From an uncultured Pseudomonadota bacterium (GTDB taxonomy: Bacteria; Pseudomonadota; Gammaproteobacteria; Steroidobacterales; Steroidobacteraceae), in contig CAIMCI010000366.1 of NCBI GenBank assembly GCA_903839465.1, positions 15,514 through 79,513 on the forward strand: a DNA stretch of 64,000 nucleotides, in the 5' to 3' direction. The notes beneath the pieces were generated by a model. It was not told the DNA's origin. It saw nothing but the letters and a program-made list of their open reading frames with translations, and did not search any database. Both the position numbers and the translations under genes were made by a program. Positions 33,562-41,985 of the stretch are shown here, one piece after another. Position 1 is the stretch's first letter; every line of letters starts with the position of its first letter.

Positions 33562-33571
33562 TGATAGGGGC

Positions 33572-34177
33572 ATGAGTAGCAACGACGAACCCACCTCGCT
33601 CGGCAAGGTGCTCGTGACGCGCGGCACCGATGCCGCGATCCTGGTGCGCTACCTGGACCGACACAGTCTGAAGTCCTTGTGGGTGCCGCGAGCCGTTGTC
33701 TGCGATGACGGCGGCATTGCCAAGGACTCGGTGCGCGGTGAGGAGGGGGAGCTGTTCGTGCCCCAGTGGTTCGCCGACAAGGACGAGGTCGAGGCGTGGA
33801 TGGCCAAGTCGACGCCCGAGCAAGATGCCTCTTGGGAGCTAGGCCGCCAGTCGAAGGAGAAGCTGCTCGAGCTCGAGGCTGCTGCGAAAGAAGCCACCGC
33901 GATCCCCATCGACCGACGAGGCTCGAAGATGCTCGTCAAGGACCGCAAGGTGGTCGGCTTCGTCTGCTCCCGCGAGAAGCCCGTGCCGTGCTCCGCCAAG
34001 TGCGGCCGCGACGCCGAGGTCGAGTGCGAATACCCACTTGGCGGCAAGAAAGCCGGGGAGCTCTGCGGCCGAAAGCTCTGCCGACGCTGCGCCGTGAAGC
34101 TCGGCGGCAAGGTGCGCTGCCCGCCGCACGTCGAGCTAGCCCGCGAGCAGCCCGGCGCAGCCGAGCCCCGGCGCTGA
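33572..34177 (+). CDS. Opposite-strand moron: hypothetical protein with Cys-rich C-terminal domain
   Basis: 201 aa. It is the only plus-strand gene between 26 and 64 kb. The C-terminal region has ten Cys (CSREKPVPCSAKCGRDAEVECEYP...CGRKLCRRCAVKLGGKVRCPPH). Its 3' end overlaps the spike gene by 42 nt. Confidence 0.6.
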   Translation: MSSNDEPTSLGKVLVTRGTDAAILVRYLDRHSLKSLWVPRAVVCDDGGIAKDSVRGEEGELFVPQWFADKDEVEAWMAKSTPEQDASWELGRQSKEKLLELEAAAKEATAIPIDRRGSKMLVKDRKVVGFVCSREKPVPCSAKCGRDAEVECEYPLGGKKAGELCGRKLCRRCAVKLGGKVRCPPHVELAREQPGAAEPRR

Positions 34178-35185
34178 CTGCGGCAGACCTGCCGGTGCAG
34201 CACTCTTCTGCGTCGCCGCTGCAAACGCCGCAACCAGCGCCGCTTGAGTGAGAGGGAACGTGCTCCACAGCGAACTTGTTCCGGCTGCCGTCACCAACGC
34301 GGCCATTGCCGGATCCATCGTCATCGCGGGCAACGCGGTTGGAGGGGTGCCCACTACGGCCGGTGCCATCAGCCCGACCATGCCCTGAAGCACCGTCACC
34401 AGGATGTTGAGCACTGCCTCGGTCGTCGCTACATGCTCCTGCGGTGCGTTGGTCGCCGTACCGATCGCCATCGGCCCGGGCACCGTGATGAGGTTCACCT
34501 CGTGTGTGGCCCTGCTGCCGCTGAGCTGCATGTAGGCGTCGCCCGCCTGGAGCAGGAACGTGTCCTCGCTGTGCAGGAGCTGGAGCACGTGCCGCGGTGG
34601 GCTGCCCGGGCCGCTCGGCCCTTGGTACATGAGCGCGTCGGCACTGAGCTGGAGCATCTCCCCGTCGGCACCGCGCAGCGACACGTTGCCCACGTCGTCG
34701 AGTCCGATCATCGCGTAGCTCAGCCCGACTACCGTGCGGATGTAGTACGGCCCCTGGTGCTCCTCGACCACCGGCGTGACGCGCCGCCGGAACGCGAATC
34801 CGTTCTTGGTCGAGTCCTGCCCGAGCACGTCCTTGGGGAACTTGTCCTTGCTGTTGTTCAGACGCGGACCGATCACCCCGCCGCCCCGCGGGTTGCCGCT
34901 CGGGATGAACACCAATACCTCATCCCCCTCGACTAGCGGGCTCCACTCCCCTTCGCCGTCTCCGGCAAACGCGCCGCCGACCCGACAGCGGATCGGGATC
35001 TGGCTCGGCATCAGCTCGACGTTGACCATCATCTGGCAGCCCTCGTCGTCGTACTCGACGGGCTGGTCGTCGCCGCGCATCACCAGGCCGTAGCTATTCC
35101 AGATGCGAGTGTCGCTTCCGGGCCGGGCTAGCGCCTGGGCAAACGATGCGAGGTCAAGTGGCGGGGTCGCGGTGTGCCTTCTCAC
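34136..35185 (-). CDS. Baseplate central spike (P2 gpV / Mu gp45-like)
   Basis: 349 aa. The OB-fold region GEWSPLVEGDEVLVFIPSGNPRGGGVIGPRLNN matches the gpV pattern, and the C-terminus is Ala-rich. Confidence 0.65.
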   Translation of the reverse strand: MRRHTATPPLDLASFAQALARPGSDTRIWNSYGLVMRGDDQPVEYDDEGCQMMVNVELMPSQIPIRCRVGGAFAGDGEGEWSPLVEGDEVLVFIPSGNPRGGGVIGPRLNNSKDKFPKDVLGQDSTKNGFAFRRRVTPVVEEHQGPYYIRTVVGLSYAMIGLDDVGNVSLRGADGEMLQLSADALMYQGPSGPGSPPRHVLQLLHSEDTFLLQAGDAYMQLSGSRATHEVNLITVPGPMAIGTATNAPQEHVATTEAVLNILVTVLQGMVGLMAPAVVGTPPTALPAMTMDPAMAALVTAAGTSSLWSTFPLTQAALVAAFAAATQKSAAPAGLPQSAPGLGCAGLLAG

Positions 35186-35213
35186 GTATCGATTCTCTCA
35201 TGACGGCAACGAT

Positions 35214-36056
35214 TCATTCAGGGTCCTGATCACGGAACGTCTGCACGATGTCGAACTTCACCGGGCTGGCCAATAGTTGGTCGACCTTCTCGTGCAATGC
35301 CTTCAGGTCTTGAGCGATCTGTTCTCCGTGTAGCTCGTCCTTCAGGTCGAGCTCGTAGTTGGCGTCGGCCTGGGCGCGGTCCTTGGCCGCCTGCCGGTTC
35401 TGCGACATCACGATGAGCGGCCCTTGCAGGTAAACCCAGATGCCGAGCACGATGTTCAGGAACTGGTACGGGTACGGGTCGAATGACTTGGCGAACAAGA
35501 ACCACGCCGTGATGATGACCGATGACCCAATGATGAACCGCCAGCTGCCATTGAACTCGGCAACGGAGTCGGCCAGGCGCTGACCGAACCCGCGCGTGCC
35601 CTCATGCTCGCGTACCGCGTTGCGCACCACTCGCTTGGTCAGGATCTCATCAGTGCTCCGCACCCGCTCCACCAGCGTATTCATCATCTCGAGTGCCACC
35701 CCGTAGTTGTGCGCGAGGAAGTTCGCCACCACGCCGCGTGAGAACATCAGCACAATCGTTCTCGTCGTCGCGGTCACATCGGCGGAGTGCGGCTTCTGGT
35801 CGATCAATCCGAGCTCTCCGAAGAAGTCCCCGCGGCCGAGCCGCTTGAGCTCCACCCGCTCATCCCCCTCGCCGAGAGTCACCGCGAGTTCGCCCTCCGC
35901 CACTACCGCAAGATCACCCCCCGTGTCGCCGGCCTTCGATACCACCTCACCCGGGGAGCAGAACTTCACCGTGGCCATCCGGTCGAGTAGGTCTAGGTCC
36001 TCGGCCCGCAAGCCCGAGAACAGGGGCACCCGCCGCAGCATCTCCACGTTGGTCAT
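35214..36056 (-). CDS. Cyclic-nucleotide-binding domain fused to a DUF1003-type two-helix membrane domain
   Basis: 280 aa. The CAP_ED signature runs LRRVPLFSGL ... GDFFGELGLIDQKPHSADV. The DUF1003 signature is GSWRFIIGSSVIITAWFLF..FDPYPYQFLNIVLGIWVYLQGPLIVMSQNRQAAKDR followed by a coiled coil. Confidence 0.85.
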   Translation of the reverse strand: MTNVEMLRRVPLFSGLRAEDLDLLDRMATVKFCSPGEVVSKAGDTGGDLAVVAEGELAVTLGEGDERVELKRLGRGDFFGELGLIDQKPHSADVTATTRTIVLMFSRGVVANFLAHNYGVALEMMNTLVERVRSTDEILTKRVVRNAVREHEGTRGFGQRLADSVAEFNGSWRFIIGSSVIITAWFLFAKSFDPYPYQFLNIVLGIWVYLQGPLIVMSQNRQAAKDRAQADANYELDLKDELHGEQIAQDLKALHEKVDQLLASPVKFDIVQTFRDQDPE

Positions 36057-36182
36057 GCCCCGGAGGATAGCCCCCAGGACGCGCCGAACCCCCCGGGTGG
36101 GCTAGGGTGGCGGCCCTACCCCAGAAACCATTCCTGGGGCGGCTGGCGCGGAACGGGCAGCCAAATTAGGCCCGGCCACGGT

Positions 36183-37955
36183 TCAGTAGTCCTGCACGTT
36201 TACCTGGAGGGGGGGCCCGGCTGCATCAGCCCCGACCACGTCCGCCGGGGTCAGCTGATCCTCCGGGGACACGTCCTTGTCGGCCTGGAGCTCCAGGTAG
36301 TTGATGAACGTGCACTTCACGCTCGCCCCCTCGTCTTTCTCCCACGTGGTGGAGCTGGTCTTGGTGCGGAACGTGGTCTGCATCGCGATGCCGCTCATCA
36401 CCTTGGCGTAGGCCGAGGCGAGCTCCTGGCTGTAGCCGAGCTGGACGAGGAACTGCTCCGGGTCGTTTGCCGTGTGGGCGACAATGTCGGTAGCCGTCAC
36501 GTGCGGATCTCCGTCCTGCTCCCGCATGATGACGACGTCCATCGCGTCGCCCGGCTCAAGGTCGAGCAGGTCCGGGTCGCTGTTGTCGCCCCCGTAGCTC
36601 GCCAGCACCGTGGTCTCGAGCGAGACGGAGTTCTCCCCACGGAACTGCATCTCGTAGATGGCCTGAGCGAAGAGCTTCATCGTCTTCTTGTCGAACACCC
36701 CCTCGATCTCGTGTACGTGCCATGCCTGCTCGTTGGCGTTGCCCGGGTGAGGCCTGGTGAGCCGATCGTTCTTCTCGGGGAACCGCGCAACCACCAGGCT
36801 CTTGTGCCGCACGTCGTAACTTCTGACTTCCACGTTTCCCGGCGCGACGTCGGAGTTGTACTGCCGTCCCCACTCCATCGACTTGATGTTCTTGCCGTAG
36901 ATCATCAAGCGGCGCGTGAGCACCTTGCCAGTCGGCAGCTGTCGCCCTCGCGCAAAGGGATCCTCGGGCCTGCCGCTGAACCGCCCGTCGTACAGAGTGC
37001 GCGGCCTCTGGATCACCACCGAAGTCCCGTCCACCCGGATGATGTGCCCGATGGCCCCGCACACGTCGGTGAGGTAGTCCCACACCTTGAGCTTGCTCGA
37101 GTCGCCGCCGGCTCCGCCGGTGGGGGGCCCGAGCTTCGGTTGGAAGGAGGTCTTGGCTAGCACCTCCTTCAGCTTCGGCACCTTGTCGCGTGCCACGTGC
37201 GGGCGGTACTCCACGCTCATGCCGCGGAACTGCGGGAACTTCGCCAAGTAAGCAGCCACCGCTTCGTCGATAGGCTTGGTCGCGTCGACCGTCAGCTTGG
37301 GCGGCGCGTCCTGGTTCAGGAACAACCGGGTGTTGTCCGTGCACTCGAACGTCGTGACCGGGCCGTCCGCGTTGCTCCAGCTACCCTTCCAGTCGTCTAC
37401 CCATCCGAGAAACCGCGCGTTGCTTCGAGTTCTACCTGCCGAGTCGATGAACGTGTCCGGGACGACGTTACGCGGTATGCCCCCGGACGGGGTCGCGTCG
37501 GGCCGCACCTCACCCGCGATGCCGCGCCGGTAGTCCTCCGCATCGACGCAACCGAAGAAGTAGATCATCGCTATCGAGCGGAACGCCCGCGGGTCGAACG
37601 GGAAGTCCGCCTGGCAGACCGTCACGGTGAGCGTGTCGGCCGTGCGGGCTCCGTTGCGTTGGTGCGTGGCGTTGAGCGGGATCACCTTGTCGATGACGAA
37701 CGTGCGGTTGTCGCTCGAGTGGGTCTGCTCCTGCGGCCCCCCGGTTCTACCCGGGTCGTCGCCGGGTCCGACCAGAACCTGTGCCCCATCGACCATCACC
37801 ACCTTTAGGTCGTCGGCGCCGCGCTTGTCCTTCTTGCGCAAGTGCGGTGGAATCTTCGGCGGAGGCGGCAGGTCCTTCGCCCCGAAGTCCTCGAGCCGCA
37901 CGATGAACCTGACCCGCGCGCTCGGGTAGTACTGCTGGACCGGGTACTCGCGCAC
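36183..37955 (-). CDS. Baseplate hub protein (Mu gp44 / P2 gpD position)
   Basis: 590 aa. Position lies between a gp43-like gene and the spike gene; GTG start 1 nt after the upstream stop. Confidence 0.55.
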   Translation of the reverse strand: MREYPVQQYYPSARVRFIVRLEDFGAKDLPPPPKIPPHLRKKDKRGADDLKVVMVDGAQVLVGPGDDPGRTGGPQEQTHSSDNRTFVIDKVIPLNATHQRNGARTADTLTVTVCQADFPFDPRAFRSIAMIYFFGCVDAEDYRRGIAGEVRPDATPSGGIPRNVVPDTFIDSAGRTRSNARFLGWVDDWKGSWSNADGPVTTFECTDNTRLFLNQDAPPKLTVDATKPIDEAVAAYLAKFPQFRGMSVEYRPHVARDKVPKLKEVLAKTSFQPKLGPPTGGAGGDSSKLKVWDYLTDVCGAIGHIIRVDGTSVVIQRPRTLYDGRFSGRPEDPFARGRQLPTGKVLTRRLMIYGKNIKSMEWGRQYNSDVAPGNVEVRSYDVRHKSLVVARFPEKNDRLTRPHPGNANEQAWHVHEIEGVFDKKTMKLFAQAIYEMQFRGENSVSLETTVLASYGGDNSDPDLLDLEPGDAMDVVIMREQDGDPHVTATDIVAHTANDPEQFLVQLGYSQELASAYAKVMSGIAMQTTFRTKTSSTTWEKDEGASVKCTFINYLELQADKDVSPEDQLTPADVVGADAAGPPLQVNVQDY

Positions 37956-37956
37956 G

Positions 37957-39183
37957 CTAGATGACCACCTTCAGGAGCACGTCCTTGCGTGGGATGATGA
38001 GCGGCTTCCGGGTTGGCGGCTCCACCGTGTCGAGCGGCAGCTTGTTGGCCCGGCAGAGCTGCATCCCGAGGTCGTCGCCGTAGTACTTGATCGCGATGCT
38101 CGAGATTGTCTGCCCCTGCTTTGGCAGAACTACCGCCAAGAGGTCGGACTGCGTCGCGCTGTTGCCCGCACTATTGCCGTCCTCGGCTCGGCCGTTCGTG
38201 GTGCGGATGCGCCGCATCTTCATCGCGAACTCGTGGCACGCCCCGGCGTAGGCCTCCACCGCACTCTGCACGGCACCGTAGCCACTCGCCGCTCGGAGCA
38301 CGCTTGCGAGCCGCTGCCCTACCGTCATTCCCTCGGGGTTGAGCCGGCTGATCTCATCGCAGAACGCATCGAGCGTGCCGGCGCTGTCGTTCGCGATGTC
38401 CTGGGCTCGTGCGGCGATTGTCTCCGGCAGCTCGCGCACCGTCTGCAAGATGCCCGTCACCTGCTGGATCTTGCTCGTGATGCCCACCTCCACCCGGGCC
38501 AGCTGGTCCATCATTGTGTTCGGTGTGTTCGCCAGCTCCTCGAGCTGCCCAAGGTTGAACGCGCTCGGACCTTTCACGAGCCCGTCCTCATCGACCATGC
38601 GCATCTTGGCCACCATCGACCGAACGTTCGAGGCCAAGTTGTTGAGCATTGACGTCATGCCGACAACGCCATCCCCGATGCCCGCTGCCGGCTGCTGCAC
38701 GTCGCCGCGGCCGAGCCACGTGAACTTGGAGCTCCAGCCGATGTCGTCCATGCGCGTCACTTTGAACTTGAAGCTCGATAGCCGGCCGATGCGCACCACC
38801 TTCCACTCACGCCCCTGTACCAGCGTCCCGGTCGAGGAGATCGTCTGCTCGATCTCGTTCGCCCAGGTCACACGGAGCAGCTGCCCCTCCTTGCGGATTG
38901 CGTCGAACAAGTCGGCCAATACGAATGCGTAGTTGATGTCGACCGAGTCGAGCACGCACTTGGCCCGCAGGAGCTGCGTCGTCCTCCAGAAGCCTTCCCA
39001 CTCACTCGGTAGCTCGATGGGGCCGAGCACCTGCTGCGCCCCCTCCGGGTTGCCTGGAAAGAACTCGGTCGGGGTGCGGTTCTCACCGCCCCACTCGGCT
39101 CCCTGCTTCGGCAGGCCGCCGCGCCTGAGCTCGAGCTTCCGCTTCTTGCCGGTTAGCTCCTCGATGACGAGGGTGGAACCCAC
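37957..39183 (-). CDS. Mu gp43-position tail protein with C-terminal LysM-like motif
   Basis: 408 aa. The C-terminal GQTISSIAIKYYGDDLGMQLCRANKL is LysM-like. Position is after the tape measure. Confidence 0.55.
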   Translation of the reverse strand: MGSTLVIEELTGKKRKLELRRGGLPKQGAEWGGENRTPTEFFPGNPEGAQQVLGPIELPSEWEGFWRTTQLLRAKCVLDSVDINYAFVLADLFDAIRKEGQLLRVTWANEIEQTISSTGTLVQGREWKVVRIGRLSSFKFKVTRMDDIGWSSKFTWLGRGDVQQPAAGIGDGVVGMTSMLNNLASNVRSMVAKMRMVDEDGLVKGPSAFNLGQLEELANTPNTMMDQLARVEVGITSKIQQVTGILQTVRELPETIAARAQDIANDSAGTLDAFCDEISRLNPEGMTVGQRLASVLRAASGYGAVQSAVEAYAGACHEFAMKMRRIRTTNGRAEDGNSAGNSATQSDLLAVVLPKQGQTISSIAIKYYGDDLGMQLCRANKLPLDTVEPPTRKPLIIPRKDVLLKVVI

Positions 39184-39199
39184 ATCGGCCGCCCGTTGC

Positions 39200-39913
39200 T
39201 CAGCCGCCTGCCGCGCGCTGCGCCCACATCTTCAACGCGGGCACCGTCTTCTTCGGAGTGGGTGGCGGCGGTGCGTTCTTGTCCGCATCCTCCGCGGCCT
39301 TCACGTCTGCATCGCTCGGCTTGTTCGCCTTGCTGTACGCCTCGGCCCGGGTCTTGATGGCGCCGAGGTGCGTCACCAGTTCCTGCGCCTTCATCGCAGC
39401 TTCGGCTGCCGCGCCCAGGTCCTCGCCGTCGATGGAGTCCGTCACCTCGTCGACCAGGTCCTCGATGTCCTTGACGAGGCCGGCGGCTTCCTTCGCCAGC
39501 TTCTGGATCTCCTTCGGCTGGCCTCCGAGCTTGGCGTTGTCCTGCGCCGTCGAAAGCAAAGCGTCGATTGCGGGGCCCACCTGCTCGGCCTCGTCCGAAG
39601 CGTCGGTCACCGCAGCGAGGATCGACTGCGCGTCGGCCTCGCCCAACTCCTGCCCCTCACCTTCCGCGGGCTCATTCGGGTCGCCCGGGTCCGGCTCATC
39701 CTCGAGCCCACCGTCGGCGTCACCCTCATCGGGTGCTTCGACCTCTTCGCCGGGCTCGGCTGCGGCTCCCCCAGCGGCCATGTCCTCCAGCTGGGAGAGC
39801 TCCTCGTCGGTCAGCGAGTCGATGAGCTCAGCCAAGGACGAGTAGCCAGCGGTGGACTGCTTGGCGGCAGGCTTGCCGGCGAGCGCGGGGATCAGGGGCA
39901 TCTTCGGGGCCAT
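39200..39913 (-). CDS. Highly acidic hypothetical protein
   Basis: 237 aa, with about 51 Asp+Glu by hand count, for example EPGEEVEAPDEGDADGGLEDEPDPGDPNEPAEGEGQELGEAD. Confidence 0.6.
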   Translation of the reverse strand: MAPKMPLIPALAGKPAAKQSTAGYSSLAELIDSLTDEELSQLEDMAAGGAAAEPGEEVEAPDEGDADGGLEDEPDPGDPNEPAEGEGQELGEADAQSILAAVTDASDEAEQVGPAIDALLSTAQDNAKLGGQPKEIQKLAKEAAGLVKDIEDLVDEVTDSIDGEDLGAAAEAAMKAQELVTHLGAIKTRAEAYSKANKPSDADVKAAEDADKNAPPPPTPKKTVPALKMWAQRAAGG

Positions 39914-39959
39914 CGATTCGATCTCCTGTGGTCTTGGGACGAGGGTACCACCGACGCCG

Positions 39960-41969
39960 CTACGTGCCGAACGGCGTGGCCGAATGGGCCTGGAGACGGC
40001 GCGTCGCCAGCTTGCCCATGTCCTGCTTGAACGTGATGATCATCCGGTCGGGGTCCTGGTCGCGGAAGTCCTGCTTGATGTTGAACGTCTGCCCGCCGCT
40101 CATGTTCACGTTGACGTGCGGACGGGCACCCCCCGCGGCTCCCTTGGCGAGCCCAAGCAGCCGCTCGGCGAACTCCTTGCTCTTGCCCTCGACGATGCCC
40201 GCGAGCTGCTCATAGGCGTCGGCGCTCATCTTCCCGCTCTTGATGAAGGCGTCTTGCATGGCTGCCGACCCGACCAGCATGTTGGCGATGTAGTTCATCG
40301 CCCCCGCATTGTGGTTGGACGCGGCTTGCTCGAATGCGCCGCCTACGTCCGTCATCGCAGCCGCCACGTAGGCCAGCGTTCCGGCACCAGCCTTGTCACC
40401 CGCGTTCGCCATCTCGCGCGACGCGACGGTCGCCGCGTCCATCGTCGCTACCACCTTCTGACTGGCGTCGAACTGCTTCCAGTACTCCTTGGTCAGCGCC
40501 GCCGCCGACTCACGCGTCATGCCCACCTGCTCGCTGTGCGTGATGAACTCGTTCGTCATAAAGGCAAGCTGGTGCTCCACCTCCTCACTCGCCTTGGAGA
40601 ACATCCCGCCCTCGGAGATGAACTTGTCGATCGCAGTCTTGCGCGCCACCTCGTCGGCGTTCTGATAGTGCGTCAGTTCGTTGTAGAGCTGCACCGCCTG
40701 CCAGCCTGCTGCCGCAAGCCCGCCGACCGCTAGAGTGAGCGCACCGGCAGCACCCGCTGCTCCGGCCATTGCCGGAATAACTGCACTCCACTTGGACAGC
40801 CCGAATGCCGCGGGCATCACTGCCCCGGCTCCCGCCAATACACCCTTCGCCGCTCCTCCCAGACCGGCACCCACCATCGGCGCGTACTGGCCGATCGCCT
40901 TGGCGCCCTTCAGCGCCGCAGGGCCACCGTAGTAGAGCGCGGTCGCCGCTGCGATGGCCTGCCGGTGCTCGAGCACGAACCCCACCGCGCTCTTGATGTG
41001 TCCGGCCCCAGCCTTGAACCCCTCCTCGATCTCCGCCTTGTGGTCGATGACGTACCGGATGCCCTCCTTCATCCACTGCTGCGCTTCCTTCATGCCGCTG
41101 GCCACGTCACGCGCAGCGAGCACTCCGAACTCGCGCAGCGCCGGCATCATCTCTTCGAGCCCACCCTTGAAATCCTTGAGGAACGGGGTTAGTGCTCGAG
41201 CGATGGGTGTGCCGATCTCCTTCTTCGCAATCTCGATCAGGTTGTGGATGCTCGCGAGGTAGCCGCCCATGCCCATCTGCTGAGCACCGAGCTTCTGAGA
41301 CAGCGTGCCCATCGCCGTATTGAGTCGCTTGACGCGCTCCTCCTCGGTGAGCTTTGCCCAGTTGGCGGCAGCGCCCTTCACCTTGTCCCCGAAGATGCCC
41401 GTTGTCATCAGAAGCTGAAACATGCGACCGCGCGTGCGCAAAAGCCCCTCGGTCATCATCGACACCTCGACCGAGGTGGTCTCCATGTTCAAACCTAGGG
41501 TCCGGCTGATGGTCGCGAGATTCTCGGTCGTCGCCACGGTGCGGCGCATCCCCTCCTCGGTCGCTCCGTTGATCTCGAGCATCCGCTCGAACCCCGGCAC
41601 GATCTGCTCGATCGCCACGCCAGACTTCACACCGATGCGCTCGATACTCTCCTCGAGCCCGACGGCTCCTTCCCGGGCTCGGTCGAACCCGACTCCTTGC
41701 ACGGCCGCGATGAGCCCGGTCATCCCGGTCTGGAACTGCATGCTCTCGCGCGCCGCATGCACGAACCCCTCGGCCGTGTGCCACACGTGCTGAGCCATCG
41801 GCACGATGACCGAACCAATCGCCATCGCCCCGGCCGTCTTGATGAACCCCATCGACGCCTGGACGTGCTGCTGCGCCTGGTGGGTCTGGTCAAACCCCTT
41901 ACGGATCTTGCCCAGAGTGCCCGACGTTTCGTCATCGAGAACAAGTCTGCCGCGGACGTCGACGGTCAT
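39960..41969 (-). CDS. Tail tape measure protein
   Basis: 669 aa, helical and Ala/Gly/Met-rich, with a glycine-zipper hydrophobic stretch (AGAAGAAGALTLAVGGLAAAGW). It follows the G/GT chaperone pair. Confidence 0.8.
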   Translation of the reverse strand: MTVDVRGRLVLDDETSGTLGKIRKGFDQTHQAQQHVQASMGFIKTAGAMAIGSVIVPMAQHVWHTAEGFVHAARESMQFQTGMTGLIAAVQGVGFDRAREGAVGLEESIERIGVKSGVAIEQIVPGFERMLEINGATEEGMRRTVATTENLATISRTLGLNMETTSVEVSMMTEGLLRTRGRMFQLLMTTGIFGDKVKGAAANWAKLTEEERVKRLNTAMGTLSQKLGAQQMGMGGYLASIHNLIEIAKKEIGTPIARALTPFLKDFKGGLEEMMPALREFGVLAARDVASGMKEAQQWMKEGIRYVIDHKAEIEEGFKAGAGHIKSAVGFVLEHRQAIAAATALYYGGPAALKGAKAIGQYAPMVGAGLGGAAKGVLAGAGAVMPAAFGLSKWSAVIPAMAGAAGAAGALTLAVGGLAAAGWQAVQLYNELTHYQNADEVARKTAIDKFISEGGMFSKASEEVEHQLAFMTNEFITHSEQVGMTRESAAALTKEYWKQFDASQKVVATMDAATVASREMANAGDKAGAGTLAYVAAAMTDVGGAFEQAASNHNAGAMNYIANMLVGSAAMQDAFIKSGKMSADAYEQLAGIVEGKSKEFAERLLGLAKGAAGGARPHVNVNMSGGQTFNIKQDFRDQDPDRMIITFKQDMGKLATRRLQAHSATPFGT

Positions 41970-41985
41970 GCCTCAGAGCGTACAG

